NCBI RefSeq assembly: GCF_006345805.1
Contig: NC_042999.1
Span: 17,236,001 to 17,300,000, forward strand
Source: Octopus sinensis
Lineage: Eukaryota
Reading direction: 5' to 3'
Length of the DNA stretch: 64,000 nucleotides
This document shows positions 12,257 to 25,476 of this stretch, one piece after another (the first letter of the stretch is position 1; the number at the start of each line of letters is the position of its first letter). The translations under genes and the position numbers were made by a program. Below the pieces are notes generated by a model that made no database searches, had not been told where the DNA came from, and worked only from the letters and a program-made list of their open reading frames with translations.

Positions 12257-13304
12257 TCAAGGTATTCAGTTCACGATCTTAAGGTCTTCCATACTTGACG
12301 GTTTGTTGTATCTTTGAGAAAGAGGCTTTATTTCACGTTATTACTGTCCAATCAATCGGTAAAAAACGTGTAGTAACTCTATTTGAAAAATCCAGCTTTA
12401 TCACATTCTGTGTCATGCCAAATAGCACTAAAAACTACATTAAGGTTACATGTCTGTGGTGTGCTCAGCCACTGGCGCCTTAATGCCATGAGTGGGATGT
12501 TCCGTTGATTGGGTCGTGTCACGTTAGATTCCAAACCACACACGTGGTTATTCAACTTAGTGGCTTTACTTTTGCACATGTTCTGTTTAGCACAATGATA
12601 TTTAAAAACACCTTCACATAGCCAGATGCAGCCCTTTTTCTCCACTGCACGCCTGAATTCCAGATATGAAATTTTCAGCGTTTGTAAAGAATGTATACAT
12701 TCCTGTTGGAACCTTATAAATAATATATATAAGAAACACCATACAGCACCAATATAGTTATTAAACAGTATAAGGTAAGATGGTAGAAAGTGGTCCGAAA
12801 ATCAAAGAACATCGATATGATTTAGAATTAACGAAGCAGGCCCCCAAAATGTGGGTAATCGGAATCCTCCGTAGCACACAAACTGCATGTCGACGATTAG
12901 ATCTATCTGTTGCAAGTATTAGGAGTGGAATTCTTCCAATAGTATTGAGTTTACTAATAAAACAAGTATTTCGGCTGCTCCTTATTGAATTCCTTTTCCA
13001 TTCGTTTATTTAGATTATAAATGAAAGTACACACACACACACATACGCACACAAACACACAAACACACACACGCACACACATAAACACACACTTACATAC
13101 TCGCGCACGTGTATGGAGAATATTTTATCCTTTTCTCCGTTAATTTTATTTGCGTTAAGAATATTTTAAGCAGTTAATATATTGCATAACATTTTTGCCT
13201 CAGTCGTTGATTTTATGAAACTGCCTGTGCATTTCCACTCATCTTGTCATCGCTTAGTAATATCTCGTTATATTTCTAGTGAGTCATTGTGTCTTACTAG
13301 TAAA

Positions 13305-13367
13305 TATATTATTATTATTATTATTATTATTATAATTTTTATTGTTATCATCATCATCATTACAGAT

Positions 13368-13399
<32 letters not shown>

Positions 13400-13504
13400 T
13401 ATAATATATATATATATATGCATATATAAACATATATATATGCATATATATATATATAATATATAGCAGTAAATAAATGAATATATTATTATCATCATCA
13501 TTAC

Positions 13505-13555
<51 letters not shown>

Positions 13556-13740
13556 TATAATTATTATTATTATTATCATCGTCATCATCATCATTAATTT
13601 TGTTATGGTGGCTGTAGTGGCGGTGTCATCATTGTTATTTCAATTCTTATCAACATCCATCGCAATCTTCGTCATCGTCATCATCATCATCCTCGTCATC
13701 GTCATCGTCATCGTCATCAACAGCATCATCAACATCTGAG
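13305..13740. repeat. Compound (ATT)/(TA)/(AAT)/(CAT) microsatellites
   Basis: Direct reading. Confidence 0.95.
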
Positions 13741-14163
13741 TCAGCAACACCAGTCACCAGCCTCATCACGACTTCATAAAACTACTGACACTTTCCGAAT
13801 AACAATGCACTTTGCTTCGGTGAAAAGCTGGATTTCAGCCCAGAGTTAGAATTTGTTCCAATTATTTTATTAGTTGTAGAATTTTAAAGAATAATGGGAG
13901 TACACTAGTATGTGTCCGGAGGCTTAACGCATATCTTATTGACGAAATGATGCATTAAATTATAGCGAGCCATTCAAAAACGTTGGTTATCGAACAGGAA
14001 CATAATATATGTGTGAAACTGTGTTCAATATGTATGATATCATATATATATATATATATATATACATATATATACACTCATATAGTCAAATACACACAAC
14101 CGCGAGAGTATATATGAGTATCTGTTTTACATTACATCATATATATGTTGTATATATATGTTG

Positions 14164-14235
<72 letters not shown>

Positions 14236-14337
14236 TAAGTGTGAGTCCGTATATTCATAGATACGTGAGAAAACATATATGTATGCACAATCATACATAC
14301 ACGTGCATATATATATATATGTATATATATATATATG

Positions 14338-14550
14338 ATTCAAATTTACAGAGAACAAAAGAAAAATAATTTTGTAAGAACTACATGTGAATGTATTAGT
14401 TTGACGCTCGAGAATAATAGTAAAGTCCTTTACGTTTCGAGCGTACGCTCTTCTATAGAAAAGATTAAGAAGAAAGAAAAGGAGAGGGATTGAAAAAAGA
14501 AACGGAGATAGAAAAATATTTCTTGGGGATTAACGATTCAGCATGACTAT
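14338..14550 (-). mobile_element. PLE-type terminal repeat (my family G) with hammerhead-like core
   Basis: Reverse complement contains CTATAGAAGAGCGTACGCTCGAAACGTAAAG; homologous to the copies at 16322, 22935 and 24543. Confidence 0.65.
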
Positions 14551-14628
14551 ATCTATATAGGTGAGTGTGTGTGTGTGTGTGTGTGTGTGTATTCCTGTAT
14601 TTACATATATATATATATATATATACAT

Positions 14629-14681
<53 letters not shown>

Positions 14682-14764
14682 ATATATTCTGAAATAAATA
14701 AATATATATACGAACACACACTCGCATATCTATTATATACGATACCAATACATACGATACCAAC

Positions 14765-15175
14765 AGTTAAAAAATACAGACGACCCGATTGTGGTACATG
14801 TCAATAGCTAACTGGAGGCTCGGAATTCATATTCCGGCAAGGACAAAAATTCTCATATAAGACCAAATTCACATGTGCTTCCCAGAACCTTATCTGTGTC
14901 CTAACCTTCTCAGTTTGTGGTTACAATTATGTGGGCCGAATGAGCCTTACTTTGCGACACAGAGTCACGCTGTATAAAGAACAGATTCGTTTCCCTCAAA
15001 ACAGGCAGATAGCACTGAGTGGACATATCGACAGATGCGCAAGTAATAAAACACCAAATTTTCATATCGTTCGTTATAAAAATGCAAATATTCAATCTCA
15101 ATACAAGAACGCCTAAATAAGGAAAACCTGTACAAAAAGTACAGACCACACCTCAATATACAAATTTGACCATTT
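14765..15175 (+). pseudogene. Penelope-like (Neptune-like) GIY-YIG endonuclease remnant
   Basis: Hand translation CGTCQ*...KFSYKTKFTCASQNLICVLTFSVCGYNYVGRMSLTLRHRVTLYKEQIRFPQNRQIALSGHIDRCA...ERLNKENL...RPHLN shows the VIY...YIG motif spacing and Cys/His linker; stops and frameshifts present. Confidence 0.75.
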
Positions 15176-15476
15176 AAAAAATTATACTAACGAGCCAGTT
15201 GTCTCTCTTGACTCCTGTTGCTTCCCTTGGTTCAATTTCTAGACACATTTTTGTCTTTCAAACATCCAAAATACGGAGACCCCTCTGTCACGAGAATTAA
15301 TTACTGTACAATGTCACTTAAAAAGATAATTGGAATAGCGAAAATCGGTTGGATTTCCCAACATCCATATAATATGTATATATTTATATAAAGATATTAA
15401 ACTAAATGAAACGAAGGCATTTCTCTTACAATTTTCCACAAAATATTTTCAACTATATATATATATATATATATAT

Positions 15477-15533
<57 letters not shown>

Positions 15534-16321
15534 CTATATATATATATATATTATATATATATATAATATATATATATATGCGTGTGTATATGTTTGCATC
15601 ATTTATATTAAACTAAAGAACGTCAAGCATCAGCAAGATATTATAATACACATCAATATCAATATTTTATTCTTAGAATTGTTAATGAGAGAAAAAATCG
15701 ATCAAAATGACATTACAACGCTTAATTGTGAGGTCCAAAATATGATCTAGAATTCTGTTCTAATTAACATTCTCATCTTCAGTTTAATTCATATTATCGT
15801 GACAACGATATGAAATACGTGCCAGATTCACAATTCTCAGGTCAAGGATTGTGGCAGCTCATTAGCACTGCACCTTGGCTATTACCAAAAGGCATGTTCT
15901 TCAAACGTTGCAGTTCGGAGCGGTATATATTTATATGTGTGTGTATTTAAGCGATTCGTTTTGATAATACGTCATTCCGCGTTCTTCCTTATTCTATAGC
16001 CACTGAAGTAAATATATTCGCGCACGATTTTTGCTTTGACAAACATATTATTTAGTAAATGTGCAATATACAGCTAGTTAAATATATATCAGATTATATA
16101 TATATGGACTCCGTGCGGGCAGTCATCTAAAAGTTTTTGTTCATCATGATGCTGACATAAGTTCCTTGTCTTTCCTGGTGAGAAGGCGGCATAATGCACC
16201 CCTTATTCCTTCGAAATTAGGAATATGCAGTCTTCGAAACATATGTCGAGAATACATGAATTTTGTTAAATCGTCGTTCAACTCCATTCTTTCATTTATA
16301 TATATATATATATATATATAT

Positions 16322-16436
16322 CAGTCGCCATGATAGATCGTTAGCCACTACACACATTTTTTTCTCTCCTTGTTTCTCTCTTTGTTTTTTCTGTTTCCCT
16401 TTCTGTAGAAGAGCGTAGGCTCGAAACATAAAAGAC
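16322..16436 (+). mobile_element. Family G repeat, 3'-truncated
   Basis: TCGTTAGCCACTACACAC...CTGTAGAAGAGCGTAGGCTCGAAAC directly after (TA)n. Confidence 0.7.
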
Positions 16437-17080
16437 CAATGGAAATGGAAAGCGCCAAAATATATTGAGAAATCATCAAGAGAACCCAGCTTTTGCTTGT
16501 TTTCTTGATACAGAGCATGTAAATTACAAGTAATTCTTTGAATTGATGTTATATAGAAACGCAATATATTTGTGTATACATATATATTATATAAATAATA
16601 TAATATCGCATTAAAGTTTTATAAGCTGACAGGATGATGTACTATTCAAAGTACGTTAATCTCGCTGGAATACTACAAGGTCAATGAAAGAAACTAAGAA
16701 AGAAAACGAGGCGCAAACAGTAAGTACCATAATGTCAGATTAAATACTAATATTGATTTTAGAAAGCAGTCGAAATTTATTTACTTTCTGTAGAATCGTA
16801 TAAATCGGTCAACAGCAGCCTACAACGCAGCGCAAAAGAAATTGTTTAACAGAAAACAATTACGATAACGAAGAAAAATAATAGTGGAAGATGTCAGAGT
16901 ATTCTTGTAGACATCTCAAAAGAGGTTTGGCCTTACGAAAATTACGTAACAGCTTTTTATTATGATTTCTGTAAACATATAGTAAGTTTCGTGATCTTGA
17001 CGGGTTCTTCTGGCGTCATATCGAAATCCTTTCGGTTAAGAAATGATTGTAACTGACAAAATATATTACTCTTTCCATTC

Positions 17081-17749
17081 TTGTATCAAGATTATTAACT
17101 TATCAGAATTAACTGGTACCTTTATTTTCCGAAGCATTTACGGTGTTCTTCAGGTCGTACTGGAATTCGCTGCCAACTATCCTGAATGTAATTTTTCGTA
17201 GAAATGATAACCACCACCTCCGTGTGTGAGTGCAATTGATTATGAATTGGGCGACTGAAACATGCTTTTGTTACATTATTTTAATTGGCCGTATAGCCAC
17301 GAGCAGACAAAGACATCCTATCGCACACTTATGATCCATAAGAAGATCCAAGCTGTTGGGGCTGGGTGGAGACAACTAGAGGGTGAGAGAGTTGCACAAG
17401 CCTTGAGTCAATACTTTTTATGCATTAGGAATAAGAATGTAGATCATTCAGGTACTGTTTCCCTCTTATTTTCTATGTTTTCTTCAGCTATTTCGGAATG
17501 AATTAATCTAGATAGTTGTAGACTAATAATCTGTATTAAACTGTACTCTTCCACGCCTTGCTTATAATATATACTCTGCATAGAATCTTTGTATTTATCG
17601 TAAATTGGTGTCAATACATGGGTAATAACATGCAAAACAGCTTTAGTTGAAGGTTAACTGAATTCCCGATATATTATTATGAAATCCCCGATATGTTTCG
17701 AAAAATAAAGGTACGAGATAATTCTGATAAGTTAATAATCTTGATGCAA
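17081..17749. repeat. 57-bp inverted repeat pair (17081-17137 and 17693-17749)
   Basis: 52/57 complementary by manual alignment. Confidence 0.85.
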
Positions 17750-18824
17750 TCGTTTGGCTTCAACATTATTATGAAATCTAATCGAGTTTTTACCGCTTGT
17801 ATGACTGATGACTTTTTTTAGAAATGGAAGTTATAGGATCGGAAGAAAAATTGCAAAAATTAGAAGTGTTGTTTTCTATTGTCGTTAATTTGCTAATGAT
17901 GTGAAATCACGCCATCAGCAAATAAACTATATAGAATCCTCAGAAAACGAAGTTTTATATGAGGAAGAAAATTTTAAACAAATCACCATATACTCCAATG
18001 TATGGGAAACCCTATGCAATCGTTTGGCTTCAACATTATTTATTTTAATTTTGGTTCCGTAATCTTTCGGTCCCGAGGTCGAACGTTATTGTATTTCATG
18101 ATTAAGAGGACGTCAGCTTCACCGACTCCATTTGGCTGCTTTTCTCGAAATGTTAAATATTCCAGTTTAAATTACATATATACAATGAAAATACAAATAA
18201 ATATATAAAATTGAGAATTTTACCAATTATACAAAAAAGTGGTTGTCAACGTAAACAAATTACTCGATTGTACATGTAAGTGAAAGAAACAGACTAAATC
18301 TTATATTACAATGTGTAACGGAACAAACAAAGAGAGGCAATTCGTGATATCACGAGTTACAAATGTAACAAGGGAAAATAAAAAAATGTTAAATGTCAAC
18401 TTGTTTACGGAATATCTACGTATGGCTTTAGAGAAAACCAATAAAACAACTTTTCTTAGGGGGCAAAAAAATTTATGGAAGGTTAATGTACGTTTTAAAC
18501 AAAAAACGTTATCACTATTGAAGCTAATTGACCATCGGGTTATTGGAATCGGAATACTCAGGACTACAGGACTACTTACGCAACGATTGTGTAAAAGCAA
18601 TTGAGAATATAGTTGAAAATGTAGTTAAAGTTACAGACTAGTTACAGACTTTAATATTTTTACACACACACACACACAAACACACATACATGTTTATTTT
18701 AAAAAAGGTGTACAGATGGCTTTTATTTTGTTACATCAATATCAATGCCCATATAAAATATACATATACAAATACACATGCACATACACACACGTATGCA
18801 CACACATTCGCACACGTATATAGT

Positions 18825-18975
18825 TGAAATTTATAGAAACACAAAACATGAAGATCGGTGTATAAACAACAAACAGGTGTATTAATTTAACGCTCGGGGA
18901 GGTGAGAAAATCTTTTGCATTTCGAGCCTGTGCTCTTCAACGGAAAGGAACACGAAGAAATAAACAGAGAGTATA
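18825..18975 (-). mobile_element. Family G repeat, diverged
   Basis: Reverse complement CCGTTGAAGAGCACAGGCTCGAAATGC...GAGCGTTAAATTAATAC. Confidence 0.6.
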
Positions 18976-19101
18976 AAATGCCCTTTAGAGTTTTATCTTG
19001 ACTATTGAGTAATTGAAACATATTAGTTTATAGATAAATTTCCTCTATTTACTTAATATTGAGGTCTCTTTTTTTCTTTTGTTATCTTACCGTTTTTACC
19101 A

Positions 19102-19159
<58 letters not shown>

Positions 19160-19837
19160 ATATAAGAAAATAAAAACGGAAAATACGCACACTTACATGG
19201 TTATTGTATAATTTTTAATGTATCGACCGGTTTCGCAATCGCTATTCATGATACAATGTTTAATTTATATGAAAAAATATTTTTTCTTAAGAAGAAAATG
19301 GGTCCATGTTGTTTCTAATGAAATTCACGATATATATTTGCATATGTGTACACACACACAGAGGCACACACACGCAGAAATTACATACATACATACATAC
19401 ATTCGTCCGTGTATCCTTATATAGAAGGGTGCTGTTTTGGAAAAGATGAGACTAATCCGCGGAACGATGCATGGTGACTGAAAACATCACTGTCTCTAAA
19501 GATACTAAGCTGACTGAATATATATTCCACATATGTTTAATAACTACAAGCACATTTGCACACGCCTTCATACATTCATATGTGTTGGCAGGTCCCGTTA
19601 TATATAGTTATACATATCGGCGTTCGCACACATACATACACAAACACATACATAAATATAGAAAAAAACATTTCAAAAATGTATACCAAATTAATACATT
19701 ATACTAGAAAGCTCTAATTTCAAAGTAATGTTCTATTAGCAGGAAATTAATAATTAGTTAATTAAACAAAATGTATTATTATCATAATGAGTTTTCTCCA
19801 TACACACACGTCCGTATATATATACATGTATGTGTCT

Positions 19838-19882
<45 letters not shown>

Positions 19883-19890
19883 ATATATAT

Positions 19891-19948
<58 letters not shown>

Positions 19949-20215
19949 GTACTCTGTAACTACGCTCCATAACTTTTATATAATTCTTCATTCGAACGCA
20001 GTCTGCTTTGCTGGGCATGTTTGATTTCATGTGAAAATTTCACCAGATTTGGGCTTTTTCAGGTCTAGTCATTATTTTTATGCCGAGAAGAGAACCAGGT
20101 TGGTCTTTCGAGCCTAGATAATAAGTATAAAAATTTGAAAACCGGTTAAACATATCCCACTTAACTAATGCCATTGTTGGGACTGGAAAAACGAATGAGA
20201 TCCCAAAGTTAAGAT

Positions 20216-20250
20216 CAGGGCTGGCCAACCTGAGTGCTGCGGGCCGAATG
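20216..20250 (+). mobile_element. hAT-like terminus
   Basis: CAGGGCTGGCCAACCTG...GCGGGCCG is typical of hAT ends; no partner found. Confidence 0.4.
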
Positions 20251-21187
20251 CTTTATACTTTATACTTTCTTGAGTAAGTATATACTTACTCTCTTGAAAT
20301 GGGCGAATTTAGACAAACATTTAAAAACATCATGAAAATTTCAATTTTGTCAGTATACAAGCAGCCATCGGAAAAGATATCTGTGATTAAAATGGTTGAC
20401 AATGTAATTCGAGTTGGCCAGGCCTGGTTAACACTGAATGACATATTGACAGGTATTAGGGATAATAAACAATGGACAATATAGATCTGCTTCGTTCATG
20501 ACATCGAAATTTAAAGCATTTTTCTCTTGCATTTAATGCCTCACGAAAGCGCAATTTGTACGGGAAATAGCTATCAAACCCACTCTGTTTTTCTTTATGT
20601 CTCTCTTTTCGTCTGTCTGCCTGCTACTCCCTGTGTTACTGTTCTTTTGTCTTTCTTTACCTGCATAATATATATTATATAGTCGATCAGACATATTCAG
20701 GTTAATTTAATATGCGGGATTAATATGGTATGTGAAGTTAACTTATTCTAGAGACAAATATTCATTACATGAGGCATTACCCCTAACAATATCAATCATC
20801 ATCATAATTGTTCGACCGTGGTCGAGACTTTCATAGTCTTTTCAAATGGCTAATAATGTGTGCGCGCGCCACTACTACACACATTGGAAAGCATTGTACA
20901 ACCAAGTACTAAAGAAGATCTTTCCTCCTCCATGAAACAAAGCTGTTCCCGCTGGACGTCAACCCAGTATTTCTAAGCTACTGACCCAGTGATTTATTGT
21001 AAGGTTATCTCCCTAGACAGATTGCCTTCACTATATCAATAGTATAGGTTGTGATAATATATCTTGCTAGAACACTTTTTATTTTAAGTATTTTAGTTTT
21101 TGTTTGTCTTGTGAGGGTCATTATGCCAATAAAAATACAGTCACTGATTCAATATCACTTATGTCTTAATATACAATTGGTTAAATA

Positions 21188-21567
21188 TGTAAATAAGTAA
21201 CCAACAGATTCAGAGAAGAGCTTGAAGAGAGAAGGCAAGTTATTGAAAAGGTTACTGAAAATAGCAACGGAAAAACTTCGACTAACAGGCAATCAATTTA
21301 TTGTTTAAGCAGCACTTTAATAAAAAGCAATCGATTATTTAGTTGGTTAGATATATAATCAATTGACTAACTGTTATATCGCCTTCTACTCAACTCGACT
21401 CAACTCTACTCTGTTCTACCCCTCGACTGCTACTCAACTCTGCTCGACTTATACTCTCTACTTCCGACTGATACTCTCTAGTCCGAACTCTCACGTCTAG
21501 GCTTCTCCCAATATATATACGTATTGGGCTAGCCTACTTCATCGTCTGGGGGCGTCCACACAACACA
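21188..21567 (-). mobile_element. Candidate solo LTR
   Basis: TGT...ACA termini with AATA on both flanks (21184-21187, 21568-21571); TATA-like and AATAAA-like motifs in the expected order on the minus strand. The AT-rich 4-bp TSD is weak evidence. Confidence 0.45.
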
Positions 21568-22704
21568 AATAAAAAATAGTAATATCAAACCAGTGCATGT
21601 ATTATTGTTGGCGCAACGATCCTCCCAAACTCAACAAGATATATTTTAATGCACGAATTCATACCAATGATCTTGTAAACCAAATACAAAAAGCTTTTGG
21701 TGCTTGCACGTATAATAGAAAAAAATATTTGTAATCATCTCTTTTTTATATATATACCATATCAAATACTCCATTATAGAAAATGATCTATTAGCTGATA
21801 TCTGAGTCTGATTTGGACGCTACTGTAGCAGTTTCAGTTTCCGTCTAGTACTTCTTGGAAAGTATTACGACATGTTTTACATAGCAGATTATGTTTCATG
21901 ATGTAGACATTGGCTCAACGTGACGTGTAATTTTATTTTCAATTGGCTTATATGGGTTCACATAAGATAGAGCTCTAATTTGTAATAATAACAGGCTACA
22001 CTTGTATTCGCCAGTCTCCAGTGTATTCGTATATGCTTTTTCATTTCCACTTGTTTGATGAATTAAATATCAGTAGAGTAGTAATCTAATTACATCGGTG
22101 TTGCATGTCACCTCCCCAAACTGAGTCTGTATCTACACAAGGGAAATCAATATTATCGAGTAGAAAGAGAAGTTAGCTCTAAAATCCCTTTCCTTCAGTT
22201 CTGTTCCATTAAATCTTAAGCTCGGAGCTAATTATTTTCATAGTTTTTTTTTTGTTTTGCCCAGTTCAGCCCCTGTCCGACTTTTCATCAAAGATATTCC
22301 AGCCGTTGATATTAATTCATTCTAGCATGTGTACGAAAGGCTGAATTATTATATGCAGGGCTATACAAGAAATAGATACCAATGATAATATATCGGATAA
22401 GAGCTGATTGCTCAGTAGCATAATCGGCTCGGGTGTGATATGAAAGGGCAAAATTGATTGACTAAACTCTGTATTTCTCTGTATATCGCTAGTACGGAGG
22501 TTACTGTTATTGCCATTTGTGAGACATCTGCTGTTGACAATGTCAAACGAAGCCGAAATCACGTGTTCTGGTTGTCCTGGATGCGGAAGTCGTAGTGATT
22601 ATATCTTGGTAAATATCACAGCATTTGTGCATTCTAAAGTAGTTGGGTGGGAAATATTTTACATTTTGGCATCAACATTGCTGCAATCGATCCCTTTATT
22701 TTCT

Positions 22705-22861
22705 ATGTATGTATGTATGTATGTATGTATGTATGTATGTATGTATGTATGTATGTATGTATGTATCTATCTATCTATCCATCCATCCATCCATCCATCT
22801 TTCTATATATCTATCTATCTATCTATCCATCCATCCATCCATCCATCCATCCATCCATCTT

Positions 22862-22934
<73 letters not shown>

Positions 22935-22935
22935 A
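22705..22935. repeat. (TATG)/(TCCA)/(TCTA) compound tetranucleotide microsatellite
   Basis: Direct reading. Confidence 0.95.
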
Positions 22936-23127
22936 TCGTTAGCCACTACGCACACATTTTTTTCTCTCCTTGTTTCTCCCTTTGTTTTTATCTGTGTCCC
23001 TTTTCTGTAGAAGAACGTAGGCTCGAAACGTTAAAGACTTTTTCAATTCCTGAGCGTTAAACTAATATATCTGTTTGTTTTGTACACCACCTATCTTCGT
23101 CTTTTGTTTTTTTCCTGAACTCTCCCT
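22935..23127 (+). mobile_element. Family G repeat
   Basis: Nearly colinear with 24543-24758; flanked by microsatellites. Confidence 0.75.
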
Positions 23128-23510
23128 ATATATATATATATATACATATCCATCTATCTATTTATTTGATGCTATTTTTCTGAAGCGGCTTAACATTCAC
23201 AAACTATTGCTTCTTAGCGTCACACAGTAGTGATAATAATAAAACAAACTTGTCAAAAAAGAAGAGTAAATAACAATTTACTCTCTCACCTCATCTCTGT
23301 TATATATTCTCTCTCTATCTCTCTGTGTATATTCATTGAAAGTTGTGAGTATTTACCAATGGTTATGAATACCAAGTCAATGAATAGATATGATTGGGTA
23401 ACAACTTTTAAAATAAGAGAGAAAATTTGGCTGAAATGGGGAATGACCGTAAAGGGAAAAAAGAATGTATGTAACAATAGTTGAAACGAAAAGTGTTTGT
23501 ATAAAATGTA

Positions 23511-23981
23511 CAGTGCTCCGTGATAATCGCGAATGTTACGTTCGAAAACCTCTAGCAATGGGGGAAAGTTCGCGAAGTAGAAACAGTACTGTACTGTATA
23601 TATTTGCTATCACTCTTGCAATTTGTATGTATTTATTTTAATATAAATGCAAAACAATACCTCACACCCGCCTCCCGGCTTTCGTTTTCTATGCAGTATG
23701 GGCGATTCCTTGTTTACTTATCTTCGGTACACTATGTATTTACTTTTAATATATCTTAATTAATGTGTTATTCAGTGCCCTTATTTTACCACTAAATTAA
23801 TTAAAATAAAAAAAAATATAAATTCCTATAGGTCACTGAAATCCGCGATATACTGAGGAGGCCGCGAAATAAATTTACAAATATTAGCCAGAAAAATTTG
23901 CGATGTACTGATTGCGCAATAGGTGAACCACCATGTAGTGAGTGCGCAATAGGTAACCCGCGATATGGTGAGGGGTTAATG
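23511..23981 (+). mobile_element. Tigger/pogo-like MITE
   Basis: TA|CAGTGCTCCGTGATAATCGCG...CGCGATATGGTGAGGGGTTAATG|TA: TA on both flanks, diverged TIRs, ~30-bp tandem subterminal repeats at the right end. Confidence 0.65.
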
Positions 23982-24511
23982 TATACGCTTGGTATGAGTA
24001 AAACAGATTGGTAGACTATAATGAAATTAAGAAATTGATAGTAATTAAAATAGAATAAAATAGACTTTAGCCTAAAATTAAAACTGAAATTGAAATTAAA
24101 AATCATAGTTGAGATTAAAATTAGGAAAGAAATGAAAGTATACTAATAATAAAATCAGAGAAAAAAGGATCGGTAGAAAAGGGAAGAGAGGAAAGAGAGG
24201 TCATTTGTTTTTAAGGCGGTAGAGTAGAAGTAGGGGCACAGGGGCGATGGAGGACACAACATCTATATATGATGCATCGAATATATCTTGGATTGAAATG
24301 ATGGAGGAGGTGAAAACTTGATAGCTTCGTGATAAAAACAGATTATATATACATATACTGAACGTGAGAAAATCGGAAGACAATAACAAATACTGAAATT
24401 GGAGAGGATAAATGAAGTTCCAACACACAGACATAGCAAAAGATATAAGCCAAAAACATACAGTGTATGATTGTGTGTGAATGTGTATGTATGTATGTAT
24501 GTATGTATGTA

Positions 24512-24542
<31 letters not shown>

Positions 24543-24754
24543 GTCGCCATGATAGATAGTTAGCCACTACACACATTTTTTCTCTCCTCATTTTCCTCTC
24601 CTTGTTTCTCTCCTTGTTTTTTTCTGTGTCCCTTTCTGTAGAAAAGCGTAGGCTCGAAACGTAAAACACTTTTTCTATTCGTGAGCGTTATACTAATTCA
24701 TCTGCTTGTTTTGTACACCACCTGTCTTCGTCTTTTGTTTTTTTCGTAAACTCT

Positions 24755-24758
<4 letters not shown>
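24543..24758 (+). mobile_element. Family G repeat
   Basis: Same sequence family as 22935; microsatellite flanks. Confidence 0.75.
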
Positions 24759-24834
<76 letters not shown>

Positions 24835-24904
24835 ATGCATATATGTGTATGTGTGCCTGTGCGTGTGTGTATATGGATGTATGTATATATCAAATATTTT
24901 TATC

Positions 24905-25340
24905 TTTTGTCAATGCATGATAATATGAACATTCTCAATAAGCCTAGAGGAATAACTGCCGAACCTTAAATGAAATTTCAAAGACCCAACGATCTGCCCT
25001 TTAAATCGTAATTTCCTAGTTAAAGGTGTTGTACAGAAAACAGCTTCAAAACAAGGCCTTACTGACACGAACATTACTTCACATAACAGAAAACAGACCA
25101 ACAACGAGCCTAGCTAAATACGTATGCCGTCTAAAATCTATTTCTGCTCCCTTTAAATTACAATGGTGTGCTTTGGTAAAATCTAACAGTTATAGGTATG
25201 GGTGCTGTGCAACCTTACGATGCCCATTCCGCGTGAGTAAAAAGTTCTTAATACTTTGTTTATGAGTACAAAATTCATGTTTTGTGATGTGAAATCGTGT
25301 GTTGAAATAGATATTGCTGCTGAAGAGACCAGAGTATGTA
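24905..25340 (+). pseudogene. Penelope-like (Poseidon-like) GIY-YIG remnant
   Basis: ICPLNRNFLVKGVV, then after a frameshift TTSLAKYVCRLKSISAPFKLQWCALVKSNSY...KKFLIL; CTGAAGA...GAAA (degenerate hammerhead-like core) from 25320. Confidence 0.65.
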
Positions 25341-25476
25341 TAACGAAAGATTTAATACAAAGGACACTAAAATAAGAACAATAAAGCTGAAGGAAAGAAT
25401 GATTATATACTACGTGTGTTTATTTCGCGAAGAAAATATTCCTATGCCGAATTATAACAATATTTAATACAATTAT

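Larger units (their letters stand above)
11670..12345 (+). mobile_element. Old C/E-type tRNA SINE split by the 5S+SINE-A insertion
   Basis: GTGAAGGCGCG...GGTTAAGGTATTCAGTTCA resumes as CGATCTTAAGGTC...CTTTATTTCACGTT after 12273. Confidence 0.7.

Noticed and set aside
22317-22700. Possible GPCR-like or Cys-rich coding remnant
   Set aside because: Only vague resemblance in frames broken by stops; no motif I can name with confidence.
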